51,872 bases of DNA from an uncultured Eubacteriales bacterium (GCA_902760855.1 CACWIO010000001.1:1-51872), one strand, 5' to 3'; shown: positions 40,793-51,226, numbered from the stretch's first letter. The notes: generated by a model from the letters alone, not told the origin. Made by a program: numbers and translations.

Positions 40793-40895
40793 ATTGAGTG
40801 TGAGGGAGCAGTTTTGCTCTGAGACACTCAATAAAATGGCAGATTTCAGAAAAAATTGAGTGCGAGGGAGCGATTTTGCTCTCAGGCACTCAGTT
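40793..40895. repeat. Two tandem 62-bp hairpin repeats acting as bidirectional terminators between dtd and galE
   Basis: ATTGAGTGTGAGGGAGCAGTTTTGCTCTGAGACACTCAAT (from 40793) and ATTGAGTGCGAGGGAGCGATTTTGCTCTCAGGCACTCAGT (from 40855). T-rich tracts follow on both strands. Confidence 0.65.
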
Positions 40896-40918
40896 TTGTT
40901 TATATGCTGCGGGTTTGT

Positions 40919-41956
40919 TTATTTGTTATAGCCTTCTGGGTTTTGGCTCTGCCAGTTCCAGGCGTCGCGGCATATCTCCTCGATGCCCCTCGAGGCTGTC
41001 CAATCGAGGAGATCGCGGGCCTTGTCTGCGTCGGCCCAGCTGTCCTGTACGTCACCGGCCCGCCGCGGTCCGATCTCATAGGCCACATCGTGACCGCATG
41101 CCGCGGAGAAGGCCTTGACCATATCAAGTACGCTGTATGGGGTGCCGGTTCCGAGATTGAAGACTTCCGTGCCGCTGCTCTTCGCTGCATATTCAGCGGC
41201 GGCTACATGTCCCTCGGCTAGATCCATTACATGTATATAGTCGCGGCGGCAGGTTCCGTCGGGTGTATCGTAGTCGTCGCCGAATACCGTGAGGCGCTCG
41301 CGGCGGCCGACAGCAACCTGCGAGATAAAAGGCATGAGGTTATTTGGGATGCCCTGCGGATCCTCTCCGATGAGGCCGCTCTCGTGTGAGCCTACCGGGT
41401 TGAAGTAGCGGAGGAGGACAACGGAAAGCGGAGCCTTCCAATCAGAACCCTTCGCGCTTGCGAATGCGGCATCCGCCAGCATCTGTTCCTGCATCCACTT
41501 GGTCCAGCCATATGGATTGGTGCAGGCGCCCTTGGTCATATCCTCCGTAAACGGCGGCTTGTGGTCCTCACCGTATACTGTGGCCGAGCTCGAGAACACG
41601 ATCTTAGTCAGACCGAGCTCTCTCATGCACTCGAGTAGAGTGAGAGTCGTATCTATATTGTTCCTGTAATATTCCACAGGCTTATCTACGGATTCGCCGA
41701 CAGCCTTGAGCCCTGCGAAGTGGATGATGCAGTCAGGCATTTCCCTCTGCAGAATATCCATCATCGAGGCACGGTCAGCCACATCCGCCTCGTAGAGATT
41801 CACGGATTTGCCCGTAATCTGCTCAACTCTCCGAATTGCCTCAGGAGAACTGTTCAAGTAGTTATCGACCACGGCGACTTCGTGCCCGGCATCGAGCAGG
41901 GCGACAGCAGTGTGTGATCCTATATATCCGGCGCCGCCGGTAAGTAGTACTTTCAT
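40919..41956 (-). CDS. galE: UDP-glucose 4-epimerase
   Basis: MKVLLTGGAGYIGSH, the catalytic YGWTK motif and length 345 aa. Confidence 0.9.
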   Translation of the reverse strand: MKVLLTGGAGYIGSHTAVALLDAGHEVAVVDNYLNSSPEAIRRVEQITGKSVNLYEADVADRASMMDILQREMPDCIIHFAGLKAVGESVDKPVEYYRNNIDTTLTLLECMRELGLTKIVFSSSATVYGEDHKPPFTEDMTKGACTNPYGWTKWMQEQMLADAAFASAKGSDWKAPLSVVLLRYFNPVGSHESGLIGEDPQGIPNNLMPFISQVAVGRRERLTVFGDDYDTPDGTCRRDYIHVMDLAEGHVAAAEYAAKSSGTEVFNLGTGTPYSVLDMVKAFSAACGHDVAYEIGPRRAGDVQDSWADADKARDLLDWTASRGIEEICRDAWNWQSQNPEGYNK

Positions 41957-42189
41957 GTCTTATAGTCTATTCCTTATATCGTTCGTATCGTCGCAAACGT
42001 TGTGCAAAATTGCGTTACATACTTATTAACACATAAAAAGAGACAGTTCAATAGCACGCTTGAAGATTGCCCGAAAACAGGAAAAGATTGCCCTGCAATT
42101 TTTAATTTATTAATTCTTTATTAATGCCGAAATGCTATAATCACTTGGATTTATAAGAGTAAAAAAGCGATGAAGAAAGAAGGTCTAAT

Positions 42190-42867
42190 ATGAGATTACT
42201 CGTAGTTGAAGATCAAAAGGATTTGAACGACATTATCGTGCGCAAACTCGAGCGCGAAGGCTATGCCGTGGACGCATGCTACGACGGAAACGACGCGGTG
42301 GATTTTATAAACAGCGCGGAGTATGACGGAATCGTGCTCGACATCCTGCTTCCGGGAGTTACGGGACTCAAGATACTGGCTGACATGAGAGCCAAGGGCA
42401 ATTCCACACCGGTGCTGCTTCTGACTGCGCTCGGTGACGTAGAAGACAGAGTTGCCGGTCTCGATGCGGGTGCTGACGATTATCTCGTCAAGCCATTTGA
42501 TTTCGATGAGCTTATGGCCAGGATCAGATCGATGATGAGAAGGAGCGGCGTGCACGCATCCGCAGTCCTCGAACACAAGGGCCTCAGCATAGACACTGCA
42601 GCCCACGTTGTGACCAGAGAAGGAGAGGAACTCGAGCTCACAGCCAAGGAATACAACATACTCGAATATCTAATGCATAACATAGGCAGGGTTATTTCGA
42701 GAGACAATCTCTCATCTCATGTTTGGAACTATGACTACGACGGAGGATCCAATGTAATCGATGTTTATGTCCATCATCTCAGGAAAAAACTCGAAAACGG
42801 GCCTAAGGGAGAGAAATACGCAAGAATCATCGAGACTGTGAAGGGAACTGGATACATCATCAGGTAA
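42190..42867 (+). CDS. OmpR-family response regulator
   Basis: Receiver domain (LLVVEDQ, DGIVLDILLPG, KP) followed by a winged-helix output domain (LTAKEYNILEYL...TVKGTGYII). Confidence 0.9.
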   Translation: MRLLVVEDQKDLNDIIVRKLEREGYAVDACYDGNDAVDFINSAEYDGIVLDILLPGVTGLKILADMRAKGNSTPVLLLTALGDVEDRVAGLDAGADDYLVKPFDFDELMARIRSMMRRSGVHASAVLEHKGLSIDTAAHVVTREGEELELTAKEYNILEYLMHNIGRVISRDNLSSHVWNYDYDGGSNVIDVYVHHLRKKLENGPKGEKYARIIETVKGTGYIIR

Positions 42868-42870
42868 TTA

Positions 42871-44289
42871 ATGACCGGCGTAGAAAACAACGAAAATAAA
42901 GTAAAGAATAAGGGATCGTCATTTAGTATCACAGCCAGAATCACCATCTGGTATGCGATATTTTTAGTGCTCATATCCGCCTCACTTATGGGAGTTCTCT
43001 TCCATATGTACAACGAAAGAGGGCGCATGACTGCGGAGACCAAGCTCATCAAAGTAGTCGAGGAGGTCAGCGGCCTTATATCCGACGACGGAGACGAGTT
43101 CATCTTCGATGACAAGATCCAATACTACTTCAAGGAAGCCTACATCAGCGTATACAAGCGCGACGGCGAGATGATAGTCGGTCGCCTCCCGAGAAAAATC
43201 AATGCATTCCCTCCGCTTAACACAGAGTCCGTCCAAAACACAACGGATTCGACCGACACTGAATGGTACGTGTATGATGCGAACCTGAGAGTGGAAGGAA
43301 AAGACCTCTATATACGCGGCATGATGAGCAGCGTCGGGGATATAGGGGCAAGCTCTTTCGAGGTCATGATGTTCGCGGTGCTGCTGCCCATCATCGTACT
43401 TCTGGCGGCCCTCGGCGGCTACCTGATCACACGCCAGGCTTTCGCACCGGTCAGAGAGATCATCACGACCACAGATGAGATTTCCAAGGACGGAGATTTG
43501 AGCCGAAGGATTCCGCTCGGCAAATCCAGAGACGAGATATATGAGCTCTCGAGCTCGTTTAACGGCATGTTCGACCGTATCGAAGACATGGTCAACAGAG
43601 AGAAGCAATTCACATCTGATGTATCGCACGAACTCAGGACGCCGATTTCAATCATAAGGGCGCAGAGCGAGTTCGCGATGGAGGATAAGGAATACGCGGA
43701 AGAGGCTGCCGGCATCATAAACCGCGAGAGCCAACGCATGGGACGACTGATCAGCAACCTGCTGACTATAGCCCGAAGCGATTCAGGCCGCATGACTCCG
43801 GAGATCACGCATGTCGATGTGAGTGAGCTGCTCGAGGAGATTGTTGAAGCCAGGACGCCTGCTGCAGGTAAAGGCGGCACGAGAATCGAGCTGGATATCG
43901 AGCCGGGAATCGAGATGGATACCGACGAGATCATGCTCGCACGTATGGTTGCCAACCTGATAGACAACGCCATCAAGTACGGAAAGCCGGCGGACGGATC
44001 GGAAGGCATCATAAAAGTAAGCGTCAGACGCGACGGAGATCTGATGGTTTGCCGCGTGTCGGATAACGGAAAGGGCATCAAGGAAGAGGACAGAGAGAGG
44101 ATCTGGGAGAGATTCTACCAGGCGGATGCAGCGAGAACGGAGGGCAATTCCAGCGGACTCGGACTATCGATCATCATGGCTTTCGCCAAGGTGCTCGGTG
44201 CAGAAGCGAGATTGCTTGAGAAGGAAGAATCAGAACTCGGCGGAGCATCGTTTGAACTTAGGATTCCGCTGAAATACGAAGAGATATAG
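42871..44289 (+). CDS. Sensor histidine kinase (2 TM, HAMP, HisKA, HATPase_c)
   Basis: H-box FTSDVSHELRTP, N-box NLIDNAIKYG and G-boxes DNGKGI and GLGLSI. Confidence 0.9.
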   Translation: MTGVENNENKVKNKGSSFSITARITIWYAIFLVLISASLMGVLFHMYNERGRMTAETKLIKVVEEVSGLISDDGDEFIFDDKIQYYFKEAYISVYKRDGEMIVGRLPRKINAFPPLNTESVQNTTDSTDTEWYVYDANLRVEGKDLYIRGMMSSVGDIGASSFEVMMFAVLLPIIVLLAALGGYLITRQAFAPVREIITTTDEISKDGDLSRRIPLGKSRDEIYELSSSFNGMFDRIEDMVNREKQFTSDVSHELRTPISIIRAQSEFAMEDKEYAEEAAGIINRESQRMGRLISNLLTIARSDSGRMTPEITHVDVSELLEEIVEARTPAAGKGGTRIELDIEPGIEMDTDEIMLARMVANLIDNAIKYGKPADGSEGIIKVSVRRDGDLMVCRVSDNGKGIKEEDRERIWERFYQADAARTEGNSSGLGLSIIMAFAKVLGAEARLLEKEESELGGASFELRIPLKYEEI

Positions 44290-44291
44290 AG

Positions 44292-44621
44292 ATGAAAATC
44301 AGACAGAGAGTTTTATCCTTAATAATATGCGTGCTCTTGCTGGCGGGAAGCCTCTGCTCGTGCGGCGTTTTCAACGGAAATGCCGGGAAAGACAGATCGA
44401 ACGCACATGCCACAGACTCTCTAATTTCAAAGGAAGAGGCGATCGGAATTGCCCTTAAGAGAGTGCAGGGTGCGACGTCAGAGGACCTCTTGAGATTTGA
44501 GATGGAGCAAGACGATGAGCATTGGATATATGTGGGAGACATCGTATACCAAGGCATAGAGTACAGCTTCGAAATCGAGGCCTGCAACGGGAATATCCTG
44601 CTGTGGGAAATCGATAAATAA
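44292..44621 (+). CDS. PepSY-domain lipoprotein
   Basis: Lipobox LCSC, plus EEAIGIALKRVQGA...YSFEIEACNGNILLWEIDK, which follows the PepSY pattern. Confidence 0.7.
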   Translation: MKIRQRVLSLIICVLLLAGSLCSCGVFNGNAGKDRSNAHATDSLISKEEAIGIALKRVQGATSEDLLRFEMEQDDEHWIYVGDIVYQGIEYSFEIEACNGNILLWEIDK

Positions 44622-44732
44622 AAAATAAGATACTTTTAATTGCTGATTAATCGGGTATTAATAGCATAATACTATACTGTAGATGTAACCTGACAAATTA
44701 AACAACATCAACCTTCACTACAGAGAGTCCCG

Positions 44733-45827
44733 ATGACCGAAAGGCGCGGGATTTTCGCTTTGTTTAGAAAAGGTTTCAGAGATTTGAGAGCAAAAGAATT
44801 GACGATGAGATCGCTTATATGCCTAGTGCTGACTCTGGCTTTGACTGCCGGGCAATTTGTTGTGGCGCTTGCGCAGGATGAGGAGGAGACGGATGACAAT
44901 CTCTACGTCTATGTAAATGCCCACTACGATAAAGCCGCCGATGTAATTTCGAGGATCAACTCCGAGAGACGCAGCCACGGAGTCTCGGCTCTGACGACGG
45001 ATCAGACTTTGATGGACGCGGCGTTAGTCAGAGCGGCGGAGAATATACTTTACTTCGAGCATGCAAGGCCTAACGGCAGGAAATGGGATTCGGTCAGCTC
45101 CAAGGTCATGGGAGAGAATCTCGGGCGCGGAACGAGCAGTACTTCAGAGATTATGAGGCTTTGGATGAATTCTCCGGGACATATGGAGAACATTATCCGA
45201 TCTTCATTTCGAAGCGTGGGCGTGGCCTGCATAGAGTCGGGCGGCACATACTACTGGGTGCAGCTTTTCGGCACATCAGGCGGAAGCGGTGCAGACATAC
45301 CGGATAACGGCAGGGTGCCCGCAGCGCTAGACCTACCTACCGCAGAAGAGGGCGGCTCCTATCTGCTGGACTACAGAATCACCGCGGTCGGCGGAGGAAA
45401 GCTCATAGAGGCGGAATCCGAAGAAGAGGTCTATGATATTGCAAAAGGCACGAGCCTCCAGCTCGGACTGCTCGGAGATAATCTCGAATTTGATCCATCA
45501 AAGCTCAAATGGAGCGTCTCAAATTCGGAGATAGCCGAGATAGATGAGGATGGTGTCCTGACTATCACAGGTATGGGAACTACGAGCATATCGGCAGCAT
45601 CCGGAAGCAGGGAAAGAGCAGCGATCGAGATAGATACAAGAGCGAATATAGGGGATATGTATATACTCGGGAAATTGCCGTTTATAAGCGTCATGGCTCC
45701 CGAAGGCTTCCTCGTAGAAGGCCGCGACTACATGATGAGGCGCATGGATTCTGACGGAGACGGCAGCAAGGAGACTGCGGAAATCAGAGGAGCAGACCGA
45801 TTCAAAGGAATGGTCACAGTCGACTGA
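44733..45827 (+). CDS. Secreted CAP/SCP (YkwD-like) domain protein with an Ig-like (Big_2-type) domain
   Basis: CAP motifs: INSERRSHGVSAL, HARPNG, MGENLG, WMNSPGHMENI and YWVQLFG. The Big_2-like segment is KWSVSNSEIAEIDEDGVLTITGMGTTSI. The true start may be the ATG at 44805, where the signal peptide MRSLICLVLTLALTA begins. Confidence 0.75.
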   Translation: MTERRGIFALFRKGFRDLRAKELTMRSLICLVLTLALTAGQFVVALAQDEEETDDNLYVYVNAHYDKAADVISRINSERRSHGVSALTTDQTLMDAALVRAAENILYFEHARPNGRKWDSVSSKVMGENLGRGTSSTSEIMRLWMNSPGHMENIIRSSFRSVGVACIESGGTYYWVQLFGTSGGSGADIPDNGRVPAALDLPTAEEGGSYLLDYRITAVGGGKLIEAESEEEVYDIAKGTSLQLGLLGDNLEFDPSKLKWSVSNSEIAEIDEDGVLTITGMGTTSISAASGSRERAAIEIDTRANIGDMYILGKLPFISVMAPEGFLVEGRDYMMRRMDSDGDGSKETAEIRGADRFKGMVTVD

Positions 45828-45854
45828 TGAGGGGATTGCCGAGACGCAGATGAT

Positions 45855-45906
45855 AAGAGGGCTCAAATCTTGCAATTTCAAGCAGAACAAAGGCCCTCTT
45901 TTTAAT
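45855..45906 (+). terminator. Intrinsic terminator
   Basis: AAGAGGGC (45855-45862) pairs with GCCCTCTT (45893-45900), followed by TTTAATT. Confidence 0.65.
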
Positions 45907-46015
45907 TGTTAACTCTTTTAAAAAACTATTAATATGGTATTATTATTGTGGAAAATAATGTTTTGCAAATCAATGCGAAACAATTTATTAATTAAAGCAA
46001 TAAGGAGAAATCAAA

Positions 46016-46975
46016 TTGGAAGAAAAAACATTGAAAGCCGTGAGCGCTGCTACTGAGGCCATAACGGAAGAAATGAACAAAGTCATCATCGGTAAGGATG
46101 ATGTAATTCGCAAAGTCCTGATGTGCGTAATCGCCAACGGACACATTCTGCTGGACGACGTACCGGGAGTCGGTAAGACTTCTATCGCCGTAGCCCTCGG
46201 GCGCACACTCGGCATGAAGTACAACAGAATCCAGTTCACTCCTGACGTACTTCCGTCAGATATCGTGGGATTCTCCATCTTCAACAGAGACAGCGAGAAC
46301 CTCGTATACGTACCGGGAATCATCAACGATACCAACCTCCTGCTCGCCGACGAGATCAACCGTACATCGAGTAGAACTCAGTCAGCTCTGCTCGAGGCCA
46401 TGGAAGAGAAGCAAGTAACGGTAGACGGTAAGTCATATCAGCTGCCGGATCCTTTCATCGTAATCGCGACTCAGAACCAAGTCGGAACAGCCGGAACTCA
46501 GGTGCTGCCTCACGCTCAGATGGACAGATTCCTCGCACGCCTCACAATAGGCTATCCTGATAAGATGAGCGAGAGAGCCATCATACAGGGACGTCAGGTT
46601 GAGGATCCGTTTGCCCGCATCGCACAGGTGGCGAGCAAAGACGTCGTAAGATCTATGCAGGAAATTGCCCTCAAAGTCACGATGAAGGATGAGATAGTCG
46701 GATATATCGCGGACCTCGTGGAAGCGTCGAGAAATAACAATCTGATCGAGCTCGGAATCTCCCCTCGTGGAGCTATCGCCGTAAGCCATATGGCTAAGGC
46801 TTGCGCTCTGATGAACGGCAGGGATTATGTGACCGAGGAAGACGTAAGAGAAGTATTCAAGGACGTGTGCGCTCACAGAGTGCTGCTGACACAGAAGGCC
46901 AGAGCGGCCGGCGTATCCGCAGCAGATGTGATGGAACAGATCACGAGCAGCACCAAACCGCCGTACAGCGCATAG
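46016..46975 (+). CDS. MoxR-family AAA+ ATPase
   Basis: Walker A DDVPGVGKTS, Walker B LLLADEINRTS and ATQNQ...GTQVLPHAQMDRF. TTG start behind AAGGAG. Confidence 0.9.
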   Translation: MEEKTLKAVSAATEAITEEMNKVIIGKDDVIRKVLMCVIANGHILLDDVPGVGKTSIAVALGRTLGMKYNRIQFTPDVLPSDIVGFSIFNRDSENLVYVPGIINDTNLLLADEINRTSSRTQSALLEAMEEKQVTVDGKSYQLPDPFIVIATQNQVGTAGTQVLPHAQMDRFLARLTIGYPDKMSERAIIQGRQVEDPFARIAQVASKDVVRSMQEIALKVTMKDEIVGYIADLVEASRNNNLIELGISPRGAIAVSHMAKACALMNGRDYVTEEDVREVFKDVCAHRVLLTQKARAAGVSAADVMEQITSSTKPPYSA

Positions 46976-46993
46976 GAGCATAGGTAAGAGAGA

Positions 46994-48133
46994 ATGATCA
47001 AGAGACGAATCGCTTGTATTCTGCTCATACTGGCTGCCTTTATCCTGTACTTCTTCGCTAACGAAACCCTGACTCTGGCTCTGCTGGCGGCTCTCATAGC
47101 GATGCCTATCGCATCACTCGGGCTACTGGCGCTGACCGGAAGGACGCTCAAGGTTTCGATGGACGATGCAGACGCCGTAACAGACAAGCCCGCAATGAAG
47201 CTGACCATAGAGAATCCGGGATTCATGCCGGTGGCTCTCGCGGAGCTTGAGATTAATTCGGAAAACCTAAGAACAGGTGAAACAGACAGCACGATAATAC
47301 ACATATCTCCGGGCCCTAAGAGCAAAAGGGAGATGGATTTTGAGGTGCTCGCAGGACACGCCGGAAGGCATATAGTCTATGTAAAGAGCGCCACAATTTG
47401 GGATCCGCTGATGCTCTGGAGCAAGGAAGTCCAATGCAACGACAGCAAATTCATTACGGTCATGCCGGAGCTCATCGACATGCAGCTCAGCTATGCGAGC
47501 GATGCGGCCCTGCTCGAAAATGACAGATCCGCCGACTCGAGGCGCGGGGAAGACCCGGGCGATGTCAGGGGCATCAGAGAATACGTGCCGGGAGACCCTG
47601 TCCGCAACATGCACTGGAAGCTCTCCGAGAAGATAGACAAGATGCTCATCAAAGAGCTCGGAACTCCGCTTTCGGACCAGTTCCTCGTAGTGCTGGGCAA
47701 TGCCTCAGAGAGGGCAAACGACCCGGAGGCACTCGATGCAATCGCGTCGGTATTCGCGTCGCTGCTCGAGACACTCAGACTCGACGGCGTGAGCCTGACT
47801 GTGGCCTGGACGGATCCTCTTACGGGAAGACCTTTAATCAAGAAGATAGATAAAGAGGAAGAACTCACTGCCGCGGCGGACGAGTATCTGGCGACACCTG
47901 CATCACTACAGGGGGCGTTTGCCAGTATCAATAGAGATGTGGCGGATTCAAGATATGCGCATGTCGTGATAGTCGGAGATAAGGTGCCGGCCGGCATCGA
48001 GGCCATAGCCAACGGCTGCAGCGTAACGGTGCTGATGCACGGAAGCGAGGCGGCTACGACCGAGAACAACGTGAGGGTTGTGGGCTTCGATACCAAGACT
48101 TACGCAGATAATCTGGCGGGAATTGAAGTGTAA
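46994..48133 (+). CDS. DUF58-domain protein (MoxR partner)
   Basis: Two N-terminal TM helices and the DUF58 signature GIREYVPGDPVRNMHWK. Confidence 0.85.
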   Translation: MIKRRIACILLILAAFILYFFANETLTLALLAALIAMPIASLGLLALTGRTLKVSMDDADAVTDKPAMKLTIENPGFMPVALAELEINSENLRTGETDSTIIHISPGPKSKREMDFEVLAGHAGRHIVYVKSATIWDPLMLWSKEVQCNDSKFITVMPELIDMQLSYASDAALLENDRSADSRRGEDPGDVRGIREYVPGDPVRNMHWKLSEKIDKMLIKELGTPLSDQFLVVLGNASERANDPEALDAIASVFASLLETLRLDGVSLTVAWTDPLTGRPLIKKIDKEEELTAAADEYLATPASLQGAFASINRDVADSRYAHVVIVGDKVPAGIEAIANGCSVTVLMHGSEAATTENNVRVVGFDTKTYADNLAGIEV

Positions 48134-48194
48134 AAGCGTGCACAGTGCAACATTTCGCGCATAAGTGCACTCATATATATAGAGGAAGAAACAA

Positions 48195-49622
48195 TTGGCG
48201 TTTAAATTTGGAAAACCCGAACTTAATATACGAAGGAAGAAAAAAGACGAGAAAGAGCGGATGCCTGATTCGGCTGCTTTTGGCGTCGGTGGATTCGGCG
48301 TCAAATTTGAAGAAGAGGACGATTCGGATTTCGAAGTAAATGTGCGAAATTCGGATGCAGGTATCAAACTGCTCGACCCCAAGGCCGCGGAGGGTCCGTG
48401 GTGGAAGAGAGAACTCTCGCATGAGATAGCGACAGGAGTCGCTCTCATGTCCGTTATAGTGTTCCTGCTCGCGGCGGCGTTTCAAAACAACCTGATACCT
48501 TACGCATTCGCAGGAACGATTGTCTACCTCGGCCTGGTGATACTCGGAGAGAAGTATGACGTGAGAGCCAAATATATCACGGCAGGCGCGATAATCGCCG
48601 CGCTGGTGCTCGCTGCTATTTTTATGAGACAGTATGTGGGCGGCGGCCTGGGCTCGATAATGAACATGGTCTACGATGCGTCAGAGGCGGAGCAGGCGTA
48701 CATATACGACAGATTCAACGCAGATGCAGAGACCGAGATTCCGGAAAAGGCCATGACAGTCGGCGTCGTTTGGGCGTCCCTTCTCTTTGGAACAATAGGT
48801 GCTGTGCCTTTCGCTGCGATGAGGCGCTCTCTCGGACTGATAGTAGCGGCCGCTGCCATGATAGCCTTCGCTTACTACGGACTCGTGCCGGCTCTCGTGT
48901 GTGTAATCATAGTCATAGTGGCAATTCTACTGGTGCTGGCCAGAGGCGGCATGCTCTCGACCATACCGGTGCTGCTGCTATCGCTGCTGGTATTCGGCGC
49001 TGTTGTGATGATAAGCCCGGGTGAGAACTACGGCATATCCAGAGCAGATGAGAATATCAGGGACAGGCTGGCTCTTCGCTCTGCATATCTCGAGACCAAC
49101 TTCGAGACCGAGACTCCAGAGCAAACACCGGACTTCGAGAATAACGAAGATCAAATCGAAAATGACGAAGAAGAATTTGAGATACATAACAAGCTGATTT
49201 TGCCGCTGGTAATCGCGGGCTTCGTGCTCCTGGCAATTGCCGCTGCAATCTACCTGCTGTACAGGCGATACATCAGGAAGCGCTATGAGAACAGAGAAGG
49301 CTTAGATTCAGAGGATATTCGCACTGCGATAATCTCGATGTTCCCGTACGCGGTCAAATGGCTGGGGACTATGAATATGGAAGTGAAGGATAAGCCGTTT
49401 GCCATGCTCGTGGAGCCGCTCAAGGAGAGGGTTTCCGACCAGTACTCGAATTACTTCAAGAGCATGTATGTGCTCTGGAGAGAGGCGGCTTACAGCGATC
49501 ACGAGATGGATATGGAGAAGAGGACGGCTATGAAGGAATTCCTCGATGATACCACGGAGATGGCTCAGAAGGATATGGGCCTCAAGGATAAGATTGTGAC
49601 TGCGCTTAAATACGCGCTGTAG
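48195..49622 (+). CDS. Polytopic membrane protein with a DUF4129-like C-terminal domain
   Basis: Multiple TM helices, an acidic linker, a last TM helix, then a helical domain (...YVLWREAAYSDHEM...). It occupies the third position in the MoxR-DUF58 operon. TTG start. Confidence 0.6.
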   Translation: MAFKFGKPELNIRRKKKDEKERMPDSAAFGVGGFGVKFEEEDDSDFEVNVRNSDAGIKLLDPKAAEGPWWKRELSHEIATGVALMSVIVFLLAAAFQNNLIPYAFAGTIVYLGLVILGEKYDVRAKYITAGAIIAALVLAAIFMRQYVGGGLGSIMNMVYDASEAEQAYIYDRFNADAETEIPEKAMTVGVVWASLLFGTIGAVPFAAMRRSLGLIVAAAAMIAFAYYGLVPALVCVIIVIVAILLVLARGGMLSTIPVLLLSLLVFGAVVMISPGENYGISRADENIRDRLALRSAYLETNFETETPEQTPDFENNEDQIENDEEEFEIHNKLILPLVIAGFVLLAIAAAIYLLYRRYIRKRYENREGLDSEDIRTAIISMFPYAVKWLGTMNMEVKDKPFAMLVEPLKERVSDQYSNYFKSMYVLWREAAYSDHEMDMEKRTAMKEFLDDTTEMAQKDMGLKDKIVTALKYAL

Positions 49623-49654
49623 TGAAGGAGGCCGGCGGGCCGGGGAGAGAACGC

Positions 49655-51157
49655 ATGAAGAGGAATAGAATTCTTACAAATAAATATCTGCTGCTGGTAG
49701 CTGTGCTGATCGCTATGCTGGCTCTGTCCGGATGCAGGACGAGGATAACGAACAACAGCGAGGTCAGCAATGTCAAATACGACGAGGACGGCTTCCTCTC
49801 TGAGACATATCAGATGAGGCGCGACGAACTCGGACTTTCGATTGCCGAGAGACCGCTGCTGCCTGATCTCGGAAGCCCGGAAGAGGAAGAGAACAATGAA
49901 CCGGAGATAGATGAAAACTTCAACGTAGTGCCGGAGGAGGACACATACGTAGAGCCACCTACTACCACTGAGGCACGGAATAACGCGAATAATAATACTA
50001 ATACAAATACGCGAAGGAGCTCAACAAGCACAAGAACTCCAACAGACACACCGACGACAACTTACGAGATAACATTTAATCCCGGCGAGGGACAGCTCGA
50101 AGGCAAGTCCAAAGGTTCATATATAGTAAAGCGTATTCCGGAAGATACGGAAGTGGTGCCACCTAGCGCGAAGAGAGAAGGCTACACTTTAACATCGTGG
50201 AAGAATAGCGACGGAAGTATTGTTGTAAAGCCGGGAGATGCTTTCAAGGTAACGAAGAAAGATGTATTTACCGCACAATGGACCAAGAATGGCGGAGAAA
50301 CACCAAAGCCTCCGGCGGTGCAAACGTATAAAGTAACATTTACTGACGGACAAGGCAATAAGTGGGAGCAGCAAGTAGAAAATGGAAAGAGCGCAAAAGC
50401 GCCAAGCGTACCTCCAAGAGAGGGCTATGAACATGTTGGGTGGGATGAAGATTTCAGCAATGTCACGTCCAATCTGACAGTCAATGCTAAATGGAAGAAG
50501 GTAGAAATACAAGTAATACTGGACGGAAATGGTAAAGCCGATACAACCAGTGAGGAAGCAGTAGACGGAAAACTAAGGCTGCCTACATTGAACGACATCC
50601 TCTACTATACTTTTGAAGAATGGAATACAGAGGCAGATGGTAACGGAACAGCCTATAAAGGCGGCAAAACAATCGAAGTAGACCAAAATACTACGTTATA
50701 CGCTCAGTGGAAAGAGAAAAAAGGAAAAGACTACTGGAACGATAAAGTAACTGAAGAAGTTGAAAAAGGAACGGAAGTAACTTTCCAAATGGTAGGCGGT
50801 GAGGACTCAACTGTTGTCCAAAGCTGCGGAGCGAAGGTAGATACTGAAAATCCTGCATTCCTCATAAAAATTATTACTACCACCGACACTAATCCATGGC
50901 CTGCGCCGGACGATGCAAGCGCATGGGATACCGCATATGCAGGAATGGATACAACAAAGAACAGGATTCTGATCTCGAAGGCTACATACGACTCAACAGA
51001 AGATAAGCAAGCCTTGTTCAAGCTGTTACTCCTTAACGCTCTACATGGAGGAGCTACTCCGATAATAAGCGACGAACAGCTCAATGCGGCAGCTACAGAG
51101 CTTGGAATTAATATCGAGGATATACAAATCAACATGAGAGCCGGAGTGCCTGAATAA
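49655..51157 (+). CDS. Lipoprotein with three Listeria-Bacteroides (Flg_new-type) repeats and a unique C-terminal domain
   Basis: Lipobox LALSGC. Repeats: YEITFNPGEG...REGYTLTSWK...FTAQW; YKVTFTDGQG...REGYEHVGWD...VNAKW; YYTFEEWNTEADGNG...LYAQW. The start is set at the ATG at 49655. Confidence 0.75.
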   Translation: MKRNRILTNKYLLLVAVLIAMLALSGCRTRITNNSEVSNVKYDEDGFLSETYQMRRDELGLSIAERPLLPDLGSPEEEENNEPEIDENFNVVPEEDTYVEPPTTTEARNNANNNTNTNTRRSSTSTRTPTDTPTTTYEITFNPGEGQLEGKSKGSYIVKRIPEDTEVVPPSAKREGYTLTSWKNSDGSIVVKPGDAFKVTKKDVFTAQWTKNGGETPKPPAVQTYKVTFTDGQGNKWEQQVENGKSAKAPSVPPREGYEHVGWDEDFSNVTSNLTVNAKWKKVEIQVILDGNGKADTTSEEAVDGKLRLPTLNDILYYTFEEWNTEADGNGTAYKGGKTIEVDQNTTLYAQWKEKKGKDYWNDKVTEEVEKGTEVTFQMVGGEDSTVVQSCGAKVDTENPAFLIKIITTTDTNPWPAPDDASAWDTAYAGMDTTKNRILISKATYDSTEDKQALFKLLLLNALHGGATPIISDEQLNAAATELGINIEDIQINMRAGVPE

Positions 51158-51188
51158 GAATAAAGATAGACCAGAAGGACAAATAAGA

Positions 51189-51226
51189 ATCAGCCGAATC
51201 TTGCGACTCGGCTGATTTTATATTTC
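51189..51226. terminator. Bidirectional intrinsic terminator
   Basis: ATCAGCCGA (51189-51197) pairs with TCGGCTGAT (51208-51216), followed by TTTATATTT. Confidence 0.75.
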
